Shown: positions 47,718 to 59,594 of the stretch, one piece after another | How positions within the stretch are numbered: the stretch's first letter is position 1 | How the letters are laid out: every line of letters starts with the position of its first letter | NCBI GenBank assembly: GCA_964016885.1 | Contig: OZ024749.1 | Location: 12,276,001-12,340,000 of the forward strand | Origin: Eledone cirrhosa | Lineage: Eukaryota | Length of the DNA stretch: 64,000 nt | Direction of reading: 5' to 3' | Made by a program: the position numbers and the translations under genes | Notes under the pieces: generated by a model | What the model saw: the letters and a program-made list of their open reading frames with translations, nothing else | Databases searched by the model: none | What the model was told of the DNA's origin: nothing

Positions 47718-50272
47718 GTGTAGGTGACACGGCAAAAAGCACCCAGCCCACACTGCAAAGTGATTGTTTAGGTGTCATGACAAAAAGCACCCAGCCCACA
47801 CTGTAGGTTGGTTGTGTAGGCGTCACGACAAAAGCACCCAGTCCACACTGTAGGTTGGTTGTGTAGGCGTCACGACAAAAGCACCCAGTCCACACTGTAG
47901 GTTGGTTGTGTAGGCGTCACGACAAAAGCACCCAGTCCACACTGTAGGTTGGTTGTGTAGGCGTCACGACAAAAGCACCCAGTCCACACTGTAGGTTGGT
48001 TGTGTAGGCGTCACGACAAAAGCACCCAGTCCACACTGTAGGTTGGTTGTGTAGGCGTCACGACAAAAGCACCCAGTCCACACTGTAGGTTGGTTGTGTA
48101 GGCATCACGACAAAAGCACCCAGCCCACACTGTAGGTTGGTTGTGTAGGCGTCACGACAAAAGCACCCAGTCCACACTGTAGGTTGGTTGTGTAGGCGTC
48201 ACAACAAAAGCACCCAGTCCACACTGTAGGTTGGTTGTGTAGGCGTCACGACAAAAGCACCCAGTCCACACTGTAGGTTGGTTGTGTAGGCGTCACGACA
48301 AAAGCACCCAGTCCACACTGTAGGTTGGTTGTGTAGGCGTCACGACAAAAGCACCCAGTCCACACTGTAGGTTGGTTGTGTAGGCGTCACGACAAAAGCA
48401 CCCAGTCCACACTGTAGGTTGGTTGTGTAGGCGTCACGACAAAAGCACCCAGTCCACACTGTAGGTTGGTTGTGTAGGCGTCACAACAAAAGCACCCAGT
48501 CCACACTGTAAGTTGGTTGTGTAGGCGTCACGACAAAAGCACCCAGTCCACACTGTAGGTTGGTTGTGTAGGCTCACGACAAAAGCACCCAGTCCACACT
48601 ATAGGTTGGTTGTGTAGGCGTCACGACAAAAGCACCCAGTCCACACTGTAGGTTGGTTGTCTAGGCGTCACGACAAAAGCACCCAGTCCACACTGTAGGT
48701 TGGTTGTGTAGGCGTCACGACAAAAGCACCCAGTCCACACTGTAGGTTGGTTGTGTAGGCGTCACGACAAAAGCACCCAGTCCACACTATAGGTTGGTTG
48801 TGTAGGCGTCACGACAAAAGCACCCAGTCCACACTGTAGGTTGGTTGTGTAGGCATCACGACAAAAGCACCCAGCCCACACTGTAGGTTGGTTGTGTAGG
48901 CGTCACGACAAAAGCACCCAGTCCACACTGTAGGTTGGTTGTGTAGGCGTCACGACAAAAGCACCCAGTCCACACTGTAGGTTGGTTGTGTAGGCGTCAC
49001 GACAAAAGCACCCAGTCCACACTGTAGGTTGGTTGTGTAGGCATCACGACAAAAGCACCCAGCCCACACTGTAGGTTGGTTGTGTAGGCGTCACGACAAA
49101 AGCACCCAGTCCACACTGTAGGTTGGTTGTCTAGGCGTCACGACAAAAGCACCCAGTCCACACTGTAGGTTGGTTGTGTAGGCGTCACGACAAAAGCACC
49201 CAGTCCACACTGTAGGTTGGTTGTGTAGGCGTCACGACAAAAGCACCCAGTCCACACTATAGGTTGGTTGTGTAGGCGTCACGACAAAAGCACCCAGTCC
49301 ACACTGTAGGTTGGTTGTGTAGGCATCACGACAAAAGCACCCAGCCCACACTGTAGGTTGGTTGTGTAGGCGTCACGACAAAAGCACCCAGTCCACACTG
49401 TAGGTTGGTTGTGTAGGCGTCACAACAAAAGCACCCAGTCCACACTGTAGGTTGGTTGTGTAGGCGTCACGACAAAAGCACCCAGTCCACACTGTAGGTT
49501 GGTTGTGTAGGCGTCACGACAAAAGCACCCAGTCCACACTGTAGGTTGGTTGTGTAGGCGTCACGACAAAAGCACCCAGTCCACACTGTAGGTTGGTTGT
49601 GTAGGCGTCACAACAAAAGCACCCAGTCCACACTGTAGGTTGGTTGTGTAGGCGTCACGACAAAAGCACCCAGTCCACACTGTAGGTTGGTTGTGTAGGC
49701 GTCACGACAAAAGCACCCAGTCCACACTATAGGTTGGTTGTGTAGGCGTCACGACAAAAGCACCCAGTCCACACTGTAGGTTGGTTGTCTAGGCGTCACA
49801 ACAAAAGCACCCAGTCCACACTGTAGGTTGGTTGTGTAGGCGTCACGACAAAAGCACCCAGTCCACACTGTAGGTTGGTTGTGTAGGCGTCACGACAAAA
49901 GCACCCAGTCCACACTATAGGTTGGTTGTGTAGGCGTCACGACAAAAGCACCCAGTCCACACTGTAGGTTGGTTGTCTAGGCGTCACAACAAAAGCACCC
50001 AGTCCACACTGTAGGTTGGTTGTGTAGGCGTCACGACAAAAGCACCCAGTCCACACTGTAGGTTGGTTGTGTAGGCATCACGACAAAAGCACCCAGTCCA
50101 CACTGTAAATGTGGTTGACATTAGGAAGGACATCCAGCCATAGAAACCAAGTCAAAATCAGTTCTGCATAATTAAGACATGGTCACCTGACATGGCCTAT
50201 CTCACAACAGGACAACTTGTCTAACCCATGCTAGCAGGGAAAAATGGACATTAAACAGTGATGATGATGATA
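47718..50272 (+). repeat. 47-bp minisatellite (about 50 copies) within an RTE 3' tail
   Basis: Unit tgtaggcgtcacgacaaaagcacccagtccacactgtaggttggttg to about 50110, followed by the RTE tail end. Confidence 0.95.
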
Positions 50273-50305
50273 TTACCTATAACCTCGTCAATATATGATA
50301 TATAT

Positions 50306-50651
50306 ATCATCATCATCATTTCATTTTACGTCCGCTTTTGCCCTGCTTGCAAGGGTGGGACGGGAACTGATTCTGGCTTGATTTCTACAGCTGGATTCCC
50401 TTCCTAACACCAACCTCACTTACAGTGAGTGGTGGGTGCTTTTTTATTTACCGTGCCACCTCCACGACCACTTTGCAGTGGAATGATAGGAACCCCAGTC
50501 CCTATCATCTCATTTCTGCAGCTGAGTAAACTGGAGCAATGTGAAGTAAAGTGTCTTGCTCAAGGAAACAACACATCACCCAGTCTGAGAATTGAACTCC
50601 CAACCTTTCGATTGCAAGGCCAATGCTCTAACCACTAAGCCATGTGCCTCC
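50306..50651 (-). mobile_element. SINE family A copy (PPT1 intron 2)
   Basis: Full-length reverse-orientation copy. Confidence 0.9.
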
Positions 50652-50784
50652 ATATTTGTGTATATATATATATATATATATATACATACAATAATATAAG
50701 CGAGAGCAATATGCACCTGGTTGATGTATATAGACAGGGAAGATGGCCAGGGTGACCTGTACAATCTCATGTATCAGATTTGTT

Positions 50785-50850
<66 letters not shown>

Positions 50851-50854
50851 AAAA

Positions 50855-51198
50855 GAAGGCACATGGCTTAGAGATTAGAGCATTGGCCTTGCAATCGAAA
50901 GGTTGTGAGTTCAATTCTCAGACCGGGTGATGTGTTGTTTCCTTGAGCAAGACACTTTATTTCACATTGCTCCAGTTTACTCAGCTGTAGAAATGAGATG
51001 ACAGGGACTGGAGTCCCTATCATTCCACTGCAAAGTGGTCGTGGAGGTGCCACGGCAAAAAAGCACCCAGCACTCACTGTAAATGAGGTTGGTGTTAGGA
51101 AGGGCATCCAGCTGTAGAAATCAAGCCAGAATCAGTTCCCGTCCCACCCTTGCAAGCAGGGAAAAGTGGACATAAAATGAAATGATGATGATGATGAT
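50855..51198 (+). mobile_element. SINE family A copy (PPT1 intron 2)
   Basis: Full-length copy about 200 bp from the inverted 50306-50651 copy. Confidence 0.9.
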
Positions 51199-52244
51199 AT
51201 ATGAGTCGATCAATATCAAACATTACTACAACAGAGGTCCAACGAGCTTTTGATTCCAGAGCTGGGTCAGATTGATACAGATCAAACCTTGAGCTGATTA
51301 ATAGCGAAACACGTTACCAATCAATAAACATAATGAAGGCTTAACAAATCGTCCTTGTATTATTATATTCACTTTGTCTAGCTCTACACCTCGTCACTGA
51401 CAGGAACCTAAACATTGAGTGCTCACCTGGGTGAACCTACAGTAATTTCACGTTACACTCCCTGTATTCATACATATATATATCAATGTGTGTGTGTGTA
51501 TGTAAGAGTATAATCTTCTGTTAATCCAGGTTATGAGATTAAAAAAGACAATGCTGAACAGTTGGCCAAAACCCAGTTTAATCTGTCAAGAGAATGGATC
51601 AGTGAAAAATCTTAAATCACACGTCAGATGTGAGCACTTTCTTCTTGATTCTTTGTAATCAATTTTAGTCAAGGATTTGGGGTAAAAATCTGGCTGAGTT
51701 ATCAACATAGTAACACAGAGGCAGTGAATTGGTAGAGACATTAGGGATCCAGATAAAATATTTTCTGGATATTCATTGTGGCTCTCTGTAATATGAGTTC
51801 AAAATCCTACCATGGTCAACTTTGTCTTTCATCCTTTTGTGTTGAAAGATAAAATACAAGTTCAACACTGGGCTTCATTCTTCCTACCTATCTCTCTTTC
51901 TGCAAGAAATTCATTTAAAATGGCCAACACATACCGTATGTTACAATGGCACCTCTACAACTCCATCATATTATATTATTTTGTTATAATTTTTTTATGG
52001 GGACATAAGGCATCAGCCTTAGCCCTCAAGAAGGGACACCACATAATACTTGAATTTAATATTCCAAATTTTCACCCCCAAGATAAAAAAAATACAATTG
52101 AAGGCAAACATCCCCTCCATCTCCACTGAAAGGAACAGTCAATATAATAGCAATGTTAGCACCACTCTTGCTACCACCATGACAGACATCACAAACACCA
52201 ATACCACCACCAGCAACAACATGGAGTACCTGTAACTGACAACT

Positions 52245-52560
52245 TTAACCCTTTACCATTCACATTACTCTATATATACTATTATATTCTCATAGTAAAG
52301 GCTTTACCTCACATAACATTCACATTACTCTATATATACTATTATATTCTCATAGTAAAGGCTTTACCTCACATAACATTCACATTACTCTATATATACT
52401 ATTATATTCTCATAGTAAAGGCTTTACCTCACATAATATCAAATCTATGAGATTTTGAAAGTATTTATTTTGAGAACTAAACGGTAACATCAATTTGAGC
52501 GACCAGTTACAGCCAGTTTCAACAGAAAGAGGGAGAGAATTCTGGCCGGTTTGAACATTA
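52245..52560. mobile_element. TTAA-target MITE, 3 internal 60-bp units, right TIR lost
   Basis: Homologous to 2181-2385. Confidence 0.82.
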
Positions 52561-52732
52561 TTGCCAACACCCTCCATTGCCGAGATAGCTGAAGTTAGCA
52601 ACCACTTCTATGGCTCCTTCCTGTGACTGGAGGAATAGCAGATGAAAAGACAGAAACATAGAGATAAGGATGGAGAGAGAAAAGAGAGGTATGATTAAAG
52701 ATAGAGCAAGAGAGTAATGGACACAGCTTGTA

Positions 52733-52769
52733 ACAGTGTGTGGAGAGAGAGAGGGGGTGTCACAGTGTG

Positions 52770-52811
<42 letters not shown>

Positions 52812-54402
52812 GTCAGTGTGTGGTGAGAGAGAGAGAGGGTGTCTCAGTGTGTGGTGAAAGAGAGAGAGAAGGGGGTGTCACAGTGTGTGGTGAGAGAGGG
52901 TGTCACAGTGTGTGGTGAGAGAGAGAGAGAGAGAGAGAGGGGGCTGTCACAGTGTGTGGTGAGAGAGAGAGAGAGGGGGTGTCACAGTGTGTGGTGAGAG
53001 AGAGAGAGGGTGTCACAGTGTGTGGTGAGAGAGAGAGAAAGGGGGGTGTCACAGTGTGTGGTGAGAGAGAGAGAGGTGTGTCACAGTGTGTGGTGAGAGA
53101 GAGAGAGAGGGGTGTCACAGTGTGTGGTGAGAGAGAGAGAGGGGGGTGTCACAGTGTGTGGTGAGAAAGAGAGAGGGGGTGTCACAGTGTGTGGTGAGAG
53201 AGAGAGGGGGTGTCACAGTGTGTGGTGAGAGAGAGAGAGGGGGGGGTGTCACAGTGTGGTGAGAGAGAGAGAGAGGGGGGTGTCACAGTGTGTGGTGAGA
53301 GAGAGAGAAAGGGGGGTGTCACAGTGTGTGGTGAGAGAGAGAGAGAGAGGGTGTCAGTGTGGTGAGAAAGAGAGAGGGGGTGTCACAGTGTGTGGTGAGA
53401 AAGAGAGAGGGTGTCACAGTGTGTGGTGAGAGAGAAAGAGAGAGGGTGTCACAGTGTGTGGTGAGAAAGAGAGAGGGTGTCACAGTGTGTGTGGTGAGAG
53501 AGAGAGAGGGTGTCACAGTGTGTGGTGAGAAAGAGAGAGGATGTCACAGTGTGTGGTGAGAGAGAAAGAGAGAGGGGGTGTCACAGTGTGTGGTGAGAAA
53601 GAGAGAGGGTGTCACAGTGTGTGGTGAGAAAGAGAGAGGGTGTCACAGTGTGTGGTGAGAGAGAAAGAGAGAGGGTGTCACAGTGTGTGGTGAGAAAGAG
53701 AGAGGGTGTCACTGTGTGTGTGGTGAGAGAGAGAGAGAGAGGGTGTCACAGTGTGTGGTGAGAAAGAGAGAGGGTGTCACAGTGTGTGGTGAGAAAGAGA
53801 GAGGGTGTCACAGTGTGTGGTGAGAGAGAAAGAGAGAGGGGGTGTCACAGTGTGTGGTGAGAAAGAGAGAGGGTGTCACAGTGTGTGTGGTGAGAGAGAG
53901 AGAGAGAGGGTGTCACAGTGTGTGGTGAGAGAGAGAGAGAGAGAGAGAGGGTGTCACAGTGTGTGGTGAGAAAGAGAGAGGGGGGTGTCACAGTGTGTGG
54001 TGAGAGAGAGAGAGGGGGCTGTCACAGTGTGTGGTGAGAGAGAGAGAGAGGGGGGTGTCACAGTGTGTGGTGAGAGAGAGAGAGGTGTGTCACAGTGTGT
54101 GGTGAGAGAGGGGGTGTCACAGTGTGTGGTGAGAGAGAGAGAGGGGGGTCACAGTGTGTGGTGAGAGAGAGGGGGTGTCACAGTGTGTGGTGAGAGAGAG
54201 GGGGGTGTCACAGTGTGTGGTGAGAGAGAGAGAGGGGGGTGTCACAGTGTGTGGTGAGAGAGAGAGGGGGGTGTCACAGTGGGTGGTGAGAGAGAGAGAG
54301 AGGGGGGTGTCACAGTGTGTGGTGAGAGAGAGAGAGAGGGGGGTGTCACAGTGTGTGGTGAGAAAGAGAGAGGGGGTGTCACAGTGTGTGGTGAGAGAGA
54401 GA
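52733..54402. repeat. Compound minisatellite gtgtcacagtgtgtggt-(ga)n-(g)n
   Basis: Constant 17-nt core with variable GA and G runs, about 50 units. Confidence 0.95.
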
Positions 54403-54959
54403 ATGTTATAATTTCTGTAGTACTCACTAAGTCATTCATCTTTAAAGCTAACCCCCCCCCCCCTTCTGTTTCATAGGTGTTGATGAATTACACATTCTCA
54501 AGGTAAATATAAAACTCTATCAATCAGCATCCTCATTATCATCTCAGCAGGTGAGAGGAATTACAAAAGTCACAAGTGATATCTCTCTATCTCTAATTTA
54601 TAACCAAATATGTCATAAATTCCGCAGAATGGGTGCAGTGCAGTCACAGCAGCTGCATAGCTGTGCAATCACATCACCTACATGCATCCACTAACACCAC
54701 TACAGGTATTTATGACACCTGCAACAGGTGAGTCATATTAGCTGTAGTAGCAGGAATAACAAAGATGACAACCACAGATATTGAATTTTCATTAATTCTT
54801 TTGATAATAACCCAGCTAAAATCATGGTTCTAAGAAACAAAGCCAACCATTTTAAAATGTTCCTATCTAAATTAAAATCTAATATAATTTTATATAAGAA
54901 CCATATATTAAGTTAATATCAAAAGCCATCGACACCACCATCACAATAACCACAACCAC

Positions 54960-55165
54960 ATAATTTAGATACAAGGTCAGCAATTTAATGGGAGGGAAAA
55001 GTTGATTAAATCAACCCTCAGTACATAGCTGGTATTTTATTTTATTGACACCATAAGAAGCAAAGTTTATCTCAGCAAGATATGAACTCAGAACATAAAA
55101 AGCTAGAACAAATATCACAAACATTATCTCCAGTGTCCTAAACATTCTGCCAACCCACTCACACC
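54960..55165 (-). mobile_element. SINE family B, diverged copy
   Basis: Weak homology to SINE B. Further old copies at about 22880-23100 (-), 34845-34990 (-) and 51718-51870 (+). Confidence 0.6.
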
Positions 55166-55359
55166 ACATATATAATGAGCAAGTTATTTTACTACAGCCA
55201 TCCAAATTTTTGATTTTTTTTTTCAAAATCATAAGCAGTGTTTTTCATTAAAAGTATGTTAACAAAACGGTTAAAAATTGTTTAGTAGAAGCTGATTTAG
55301 AAAATATTTCTAGTGTGTCACGACCTTCACATTTCGTGGTAGTAATCCCCTCATCTAGG

Positions 55360-55900
55360 ACATAACATGCAGTGATACATTCTCCAGCGAAAACATGGTG
55401 CATTTGGCAACAGACCCAGGATCCTGAAGCTCACGATTGCAACAGACCCAGGCTTTGTTACTCCTCAAGTCCATTATCACAACAGACCCAGGCTTTGTTA
55501 CCCCTCAAGTCCATTATCACAACAGACCCAGGCTTTGTTACTCCTCAAGTCCATGATCACAACAGACCCAGGCTTTGTTACTCCTCAAGTCCATGATCAC
55601 AACAGACCCAGGATCCTCAAGCTCACGATTGCTCAAGCTCAAGCCTACAACTGCAAGCTATCAAAGTATTGGTCACTCTCCAATAGGTTTGCCATTAAAC
55701 TTGTAGTGGTGGAAGCTTCCGGTGATCTTTGTCCTTGGATCACTTTCCTACTCATTACTATCAAGGCAGCATTGGCTACCCACAGGAGTGATTCCCACCA
55801 GTTGGGATGGCTATTCCAATGCATCTCCCTTGCCTTCCTTCAGGGCAACATTTTCTCCATTTTGTCAGCTGGGGGCCATAAAAAAGGCTTCCTGTGCCTG
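55360..55900 (+). mobile_element. CRE-clade LINE remnant with internal 40-bp tandem repeat
   Basis: GWLFQCISLAFLQGNIFSIL. The motif aacagaccca recurs with period 40 at 55441-55601. Confidence 0.65.
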
Positions 55901-56184
55901 GGCATCCTTACACCCCAGAGAATGTTCTCCCACAATGTCTGGGCCAGTATTATTCAGGGTAGTCATGTTTGAGTGCACTTTTGTGACTTACAGCATTTTT
56001 GTTATTACAGCAGCTGTTACTCACGCAAGACAAAATAGCAAGATTTTTCTTGACATTTCCAGGATCATGTACAGATAAACACACACACACATCTGAGGAG
56101 ATTTAATAAGACTGAAACTTGTTGGGTTATACACAAGGTCTACTTCCACTGCATTCATTTCAATTCCCAAAGACTTATTGGATC

Positions 56185-56585
56185 TTTGGAAGGGCACCTA
56201 AGCAATGGCAATCAAGAGTGATAATCCCAATTTTTAAAAAGGGAGACAAGAGAGATTGTTCCAATTACACAGGGATCTCCTTGTTAAGCTTTCCTGGAAA
56301 AGTCTATGTTAAGTATGTGGTAAAGAGATGCAAGGAGATTGTCAAGTCCAAGCAAGCTGACCAATGCGGTTTTCACCCTGGATGCAGCAGAGCCGACCAA
56401 ATATTCACACTGTGGCAGGTATTTGAGAAATCATGGGAGTATTGCCAATAGGTCTATTCTTCTTTTGTTGACCTTGAAAAGGCATACGACTGTGGTCCTT
56501 GGGACCTGCTGTGGAAGGTTGTGCAGGAGTATGGGATCGATGGTCAGCTTCTTGCTTCCCTGATGCCTCTATATGAATGCCTGAG
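56185..56585 (+). mobile_element. RTE/Rex3-like RT fragment
   Basis: IIPIFKKGDKRDCSNYTGISLLSFPGKVY, QCGFHPG, FVDLEKAYD. Confidence 0.8.
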
Positions 56586-56599
56586 GTTACAGAGCGCCT

Positions 56600-57190
56600 T
56601 TGTGTGATGGAAGTACTGGAGATTATGACTGGCTCGGGTCTGCTGAACTCTCGCCATGATAGAATTTTTAATTGCCAACACAATGCTTTACATACCTTCG
56701 CTAAGTATGACACTGATTAACATAAGACCTATTCCCATATCTAGATAATTTAACCCTCATAACTTCTTTCATCTAAACATCTTTAACTACTTACATGAAG
56801 CATTAGTTTCCTCTATGACTAGCATTAGTTTCGATCCTACATCTCTCTTTCCACTTACTTATAGCTCCTACCCTATCTCCAGCCACCTGTATTGACATCT
56901 GACCATCTAACTAGATTCCCTTGTTTGATTTTTTTCTTAATATTCAGCCCCCTAAGATAATTTATTACTTTTCAACTATATCTTATCTATTCACCAAGAT
57001 TTGTTTCTCTCCTTATACGCAGTACATGAAACAATTACATTCTGACCAGCAGTATTCCTCTCGCTTCTTCCTTCTTTCACTGGCCTCTTAGATTCTCACC
57101 CCATCCTCCACTGCTTACTAACTTAATTGTATTACAACTTTCTGTTCTCCATATTCCTTAGTCTTTAACATCCCTTTCTTTATATGTGTG

Positions 57191-57230
<40 letters not shown>

Positions 57231-57960
57231 CAAAGGTGCTGTGTGGTTACTAATAGACATTATTTGGAAAACGTAAGAGATACAAACATAAGGACAATTC
57301 CCGCTCTTCGGCTGTCTGTTGTGGGTCGCTGATGTTTTTACGCATTGAAGAGAGTACATCTCACCACAGTGCGTTGATAACCAAGAGGAATAGTTATCAG
57401 GGAAGAAAACAACAAAAACAAGAGAAAAAAAACCCAGAGACGATAGCAAAGAGAATGAGAGAAAAAGAAAATAAACAGAAGAAAAACATACCGATAGAGA
57501 GGTGGAAACACGAGACAGTAGTACATGTAAGTTGTAGTAACCAATGGGAGATAGGGAGAAGTTAAAAAGGAGACCGAATGTAAGCCCTGAATCCGTATTA
57601 ACACCATGAGAGAGAGCGAAGAGAAAAACGTCTGATCTTAGCGCGAACAGGTGTAGAGGAAAACGGAAGTGAAGGGGGGGGGGGGGAGAAAGGAGATAGA
57701 TGGTAGGAGAGAGATAGAAAGGAAGAGAAAAAATGAGGGAGGAAGGAAAAGAGTTAATCCAAAATGGCAGAACTTAAGTTCCTAACAGGAATTAATAACA
57801 ACAAGTGAGAAGGGAGAATAGAACGGAGGTCACAGCAATAAATTAATATGAATTAAAAGAGACAAAGGCACTGTGTGGTTACTAATAAATATTATTTAGA
57901 AAACGTAAGAGAAACACAAACATAAGGACAATTCCCGCTCTTTCACTGTCTGCTGTGGGT
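56600..57960. mobile_element. Probable Penelope-like element end fragments
   Basis: LLNSRH..FNCQH-like C-terminus, CT-rich UTR, and a direct repeat of about 95 bp at 57228-57325 and 57860-57960. Confidence 0.45.
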
Positions 57961-58786
57961 TAATTTATTATTTTTGTGTTTATTTATCCTTGCTTATTTT
58001 TATATTTTATGCCTATTTTTTACTCATTTTTGGCTTATTAATTTTCGCCTACCAATTCTGTTACATCTCCATACTGACTTTATATGTGTGCCAGTTAACT
58101 ATAGATTCGAGTAGATAGCAGTAAGCGATTCTTATTGCAAAATGCAGCAAAACCTTTGACTATGAACATTCTACTCTTTCCGATGAAGTGCAATATTTTA
58201 CATAATGCCACGATTAAGCATAGCATTATGCAGTTAGCACTCATACACTGATATTGTATAGAAATATATGTTAAAGAACGAACTCTAAATAAATTTTTTC
58301 TTCTGACTATTACTTCTTGCCCAGTCATTCCAGTTTTTCCTGGTACTATACTTATTACTATCATAATTACCCCATGATCTTCTCCTTGGAAACTGTACCA
58401 TAAGCTCTTTAATTGGATTATTACCATACACCCTGCAAAAATACTTTGGTTAGCAATCTTCCATATTTATTTTGTTGCACATTTGATTCAAACAAACGAA
58501 ATATAACCTGACATATCTTCGTATATATATATTACAGTAAAAAGTACCCAGCACTAACAGTAAATGAGGTTGGTGTTAGGAAGGGCATCTAGCTGTAGAA
58601 ATCACGCCATAATCACTTCCGTATGAGCAAGACATGGTCATCTGACCTGGCATTGTCCACAACAGGACAACCCGTCTAACCCATGCTAATGTGGAAGAAT
58701 GGACGTAAAACAGTGATAATGATGATGATATATATACACACACATATATGTGTGTGTGTGTGTAAAAGAAAAGGAAGATGTAGTAC

Positions 58787-58896
58787 CTCAATGATATTGT
58801 TGCCAATCATCAAGGATCTCGCATAGATGCCAGGTACATTCTTCTCAATAAAGGTTTTAATGGCACCAATGGACATTGGATTGCAACAGCTGTCAC
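58787..58896 (-). CDS. PPT1: Palmitoyl-protein thioesterase 1, exon 2 (110 nt)
   Basis: tattcag|GTGAC...ATTGAG|gtacta. Translates (G)DSCCNPMSIGAIKTFIEKNVPGIYARSLMIGNNIIE, matching PPT1 DSCCNPLSMGAIKK. Same length as vertebrate exon 2. Confidence 0.96.
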
Positions 58897-59150
58897 CTGA
58901 ATAGAGAGAAGAAAACATTTCTATATCACTTTGTGTCTGTATGTGTGTGTGTGTTTGAGTGTGTGTATGTGTGTGTGTTTGTTTTTTTGAGTGTGTGTAT
59001 AATACATAAATTTCAAAAATGAAAAATGAAACATTTTAGTTCTACAGAAGTGAACAAAAAATACATTGTAAAAAAAAAAAGTGAAAAACCTTGCTCAAAC
59101 TGCATTATACATACATCAATGTATCTATATATCACCACATTCTGGTACTT

Positions 59151-59190
<40 letters not shown>

Positions 59191-59242
59191 CTTGGGGAGG
59201 GTCATGTTGTAATAATATTGCCAGAAATAATATATATATATA

Positions 59243-59588
59243 CACACCCTATCCTCCCACTCCCGCCAACACCACCCTTTCTCTATAAAGTTATGTTGGT
59301 ACCACAACATCCAGTCCAAACTAATGAGATCGTGTAGGTGTCACGACAAAAAAACACACATTCCACCACGGTGTAATGTGGCCGTGTAGGTAACACGGTA
59401 AAAAGTTCCCAGTCCACACTGTAAACGTGGTTGGTGTTAGGAGGGGCATCCAGCCGTGGAAAACCTGCCAGATAGTCCTATACGAGCGAGACACGGTCAC
59501 CTGGCCAATCTTGCCTCAAGTGGGACAACTCCCGTCTAACCCATGCTAGTGTGGAAGATAGACGTTAAACGATGATGATGATGATGAT
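59243..59588 (+). mobile_element. RTE 3'UTR fragment
   Basis: Homologous to 62815-63277. A similar tail fragment lies at about 58535-58728. Confidence 0.85.
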
Positions 59589-59594
59589 ATATAT

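Noticed and set aside
24978-50110. Regular 38-52 bp arrays as CRISPR-like loci
   Set aside because: The units are head-to-tail with no unique spacers, there are no cas genes, and the context is eukaryotic introns.
52733-54402. Constant core plus variable spacer as a CRISPR-like array
   Set aside because: The spacers are only (GA)n/(G)n length variants and carry no unique sequence.
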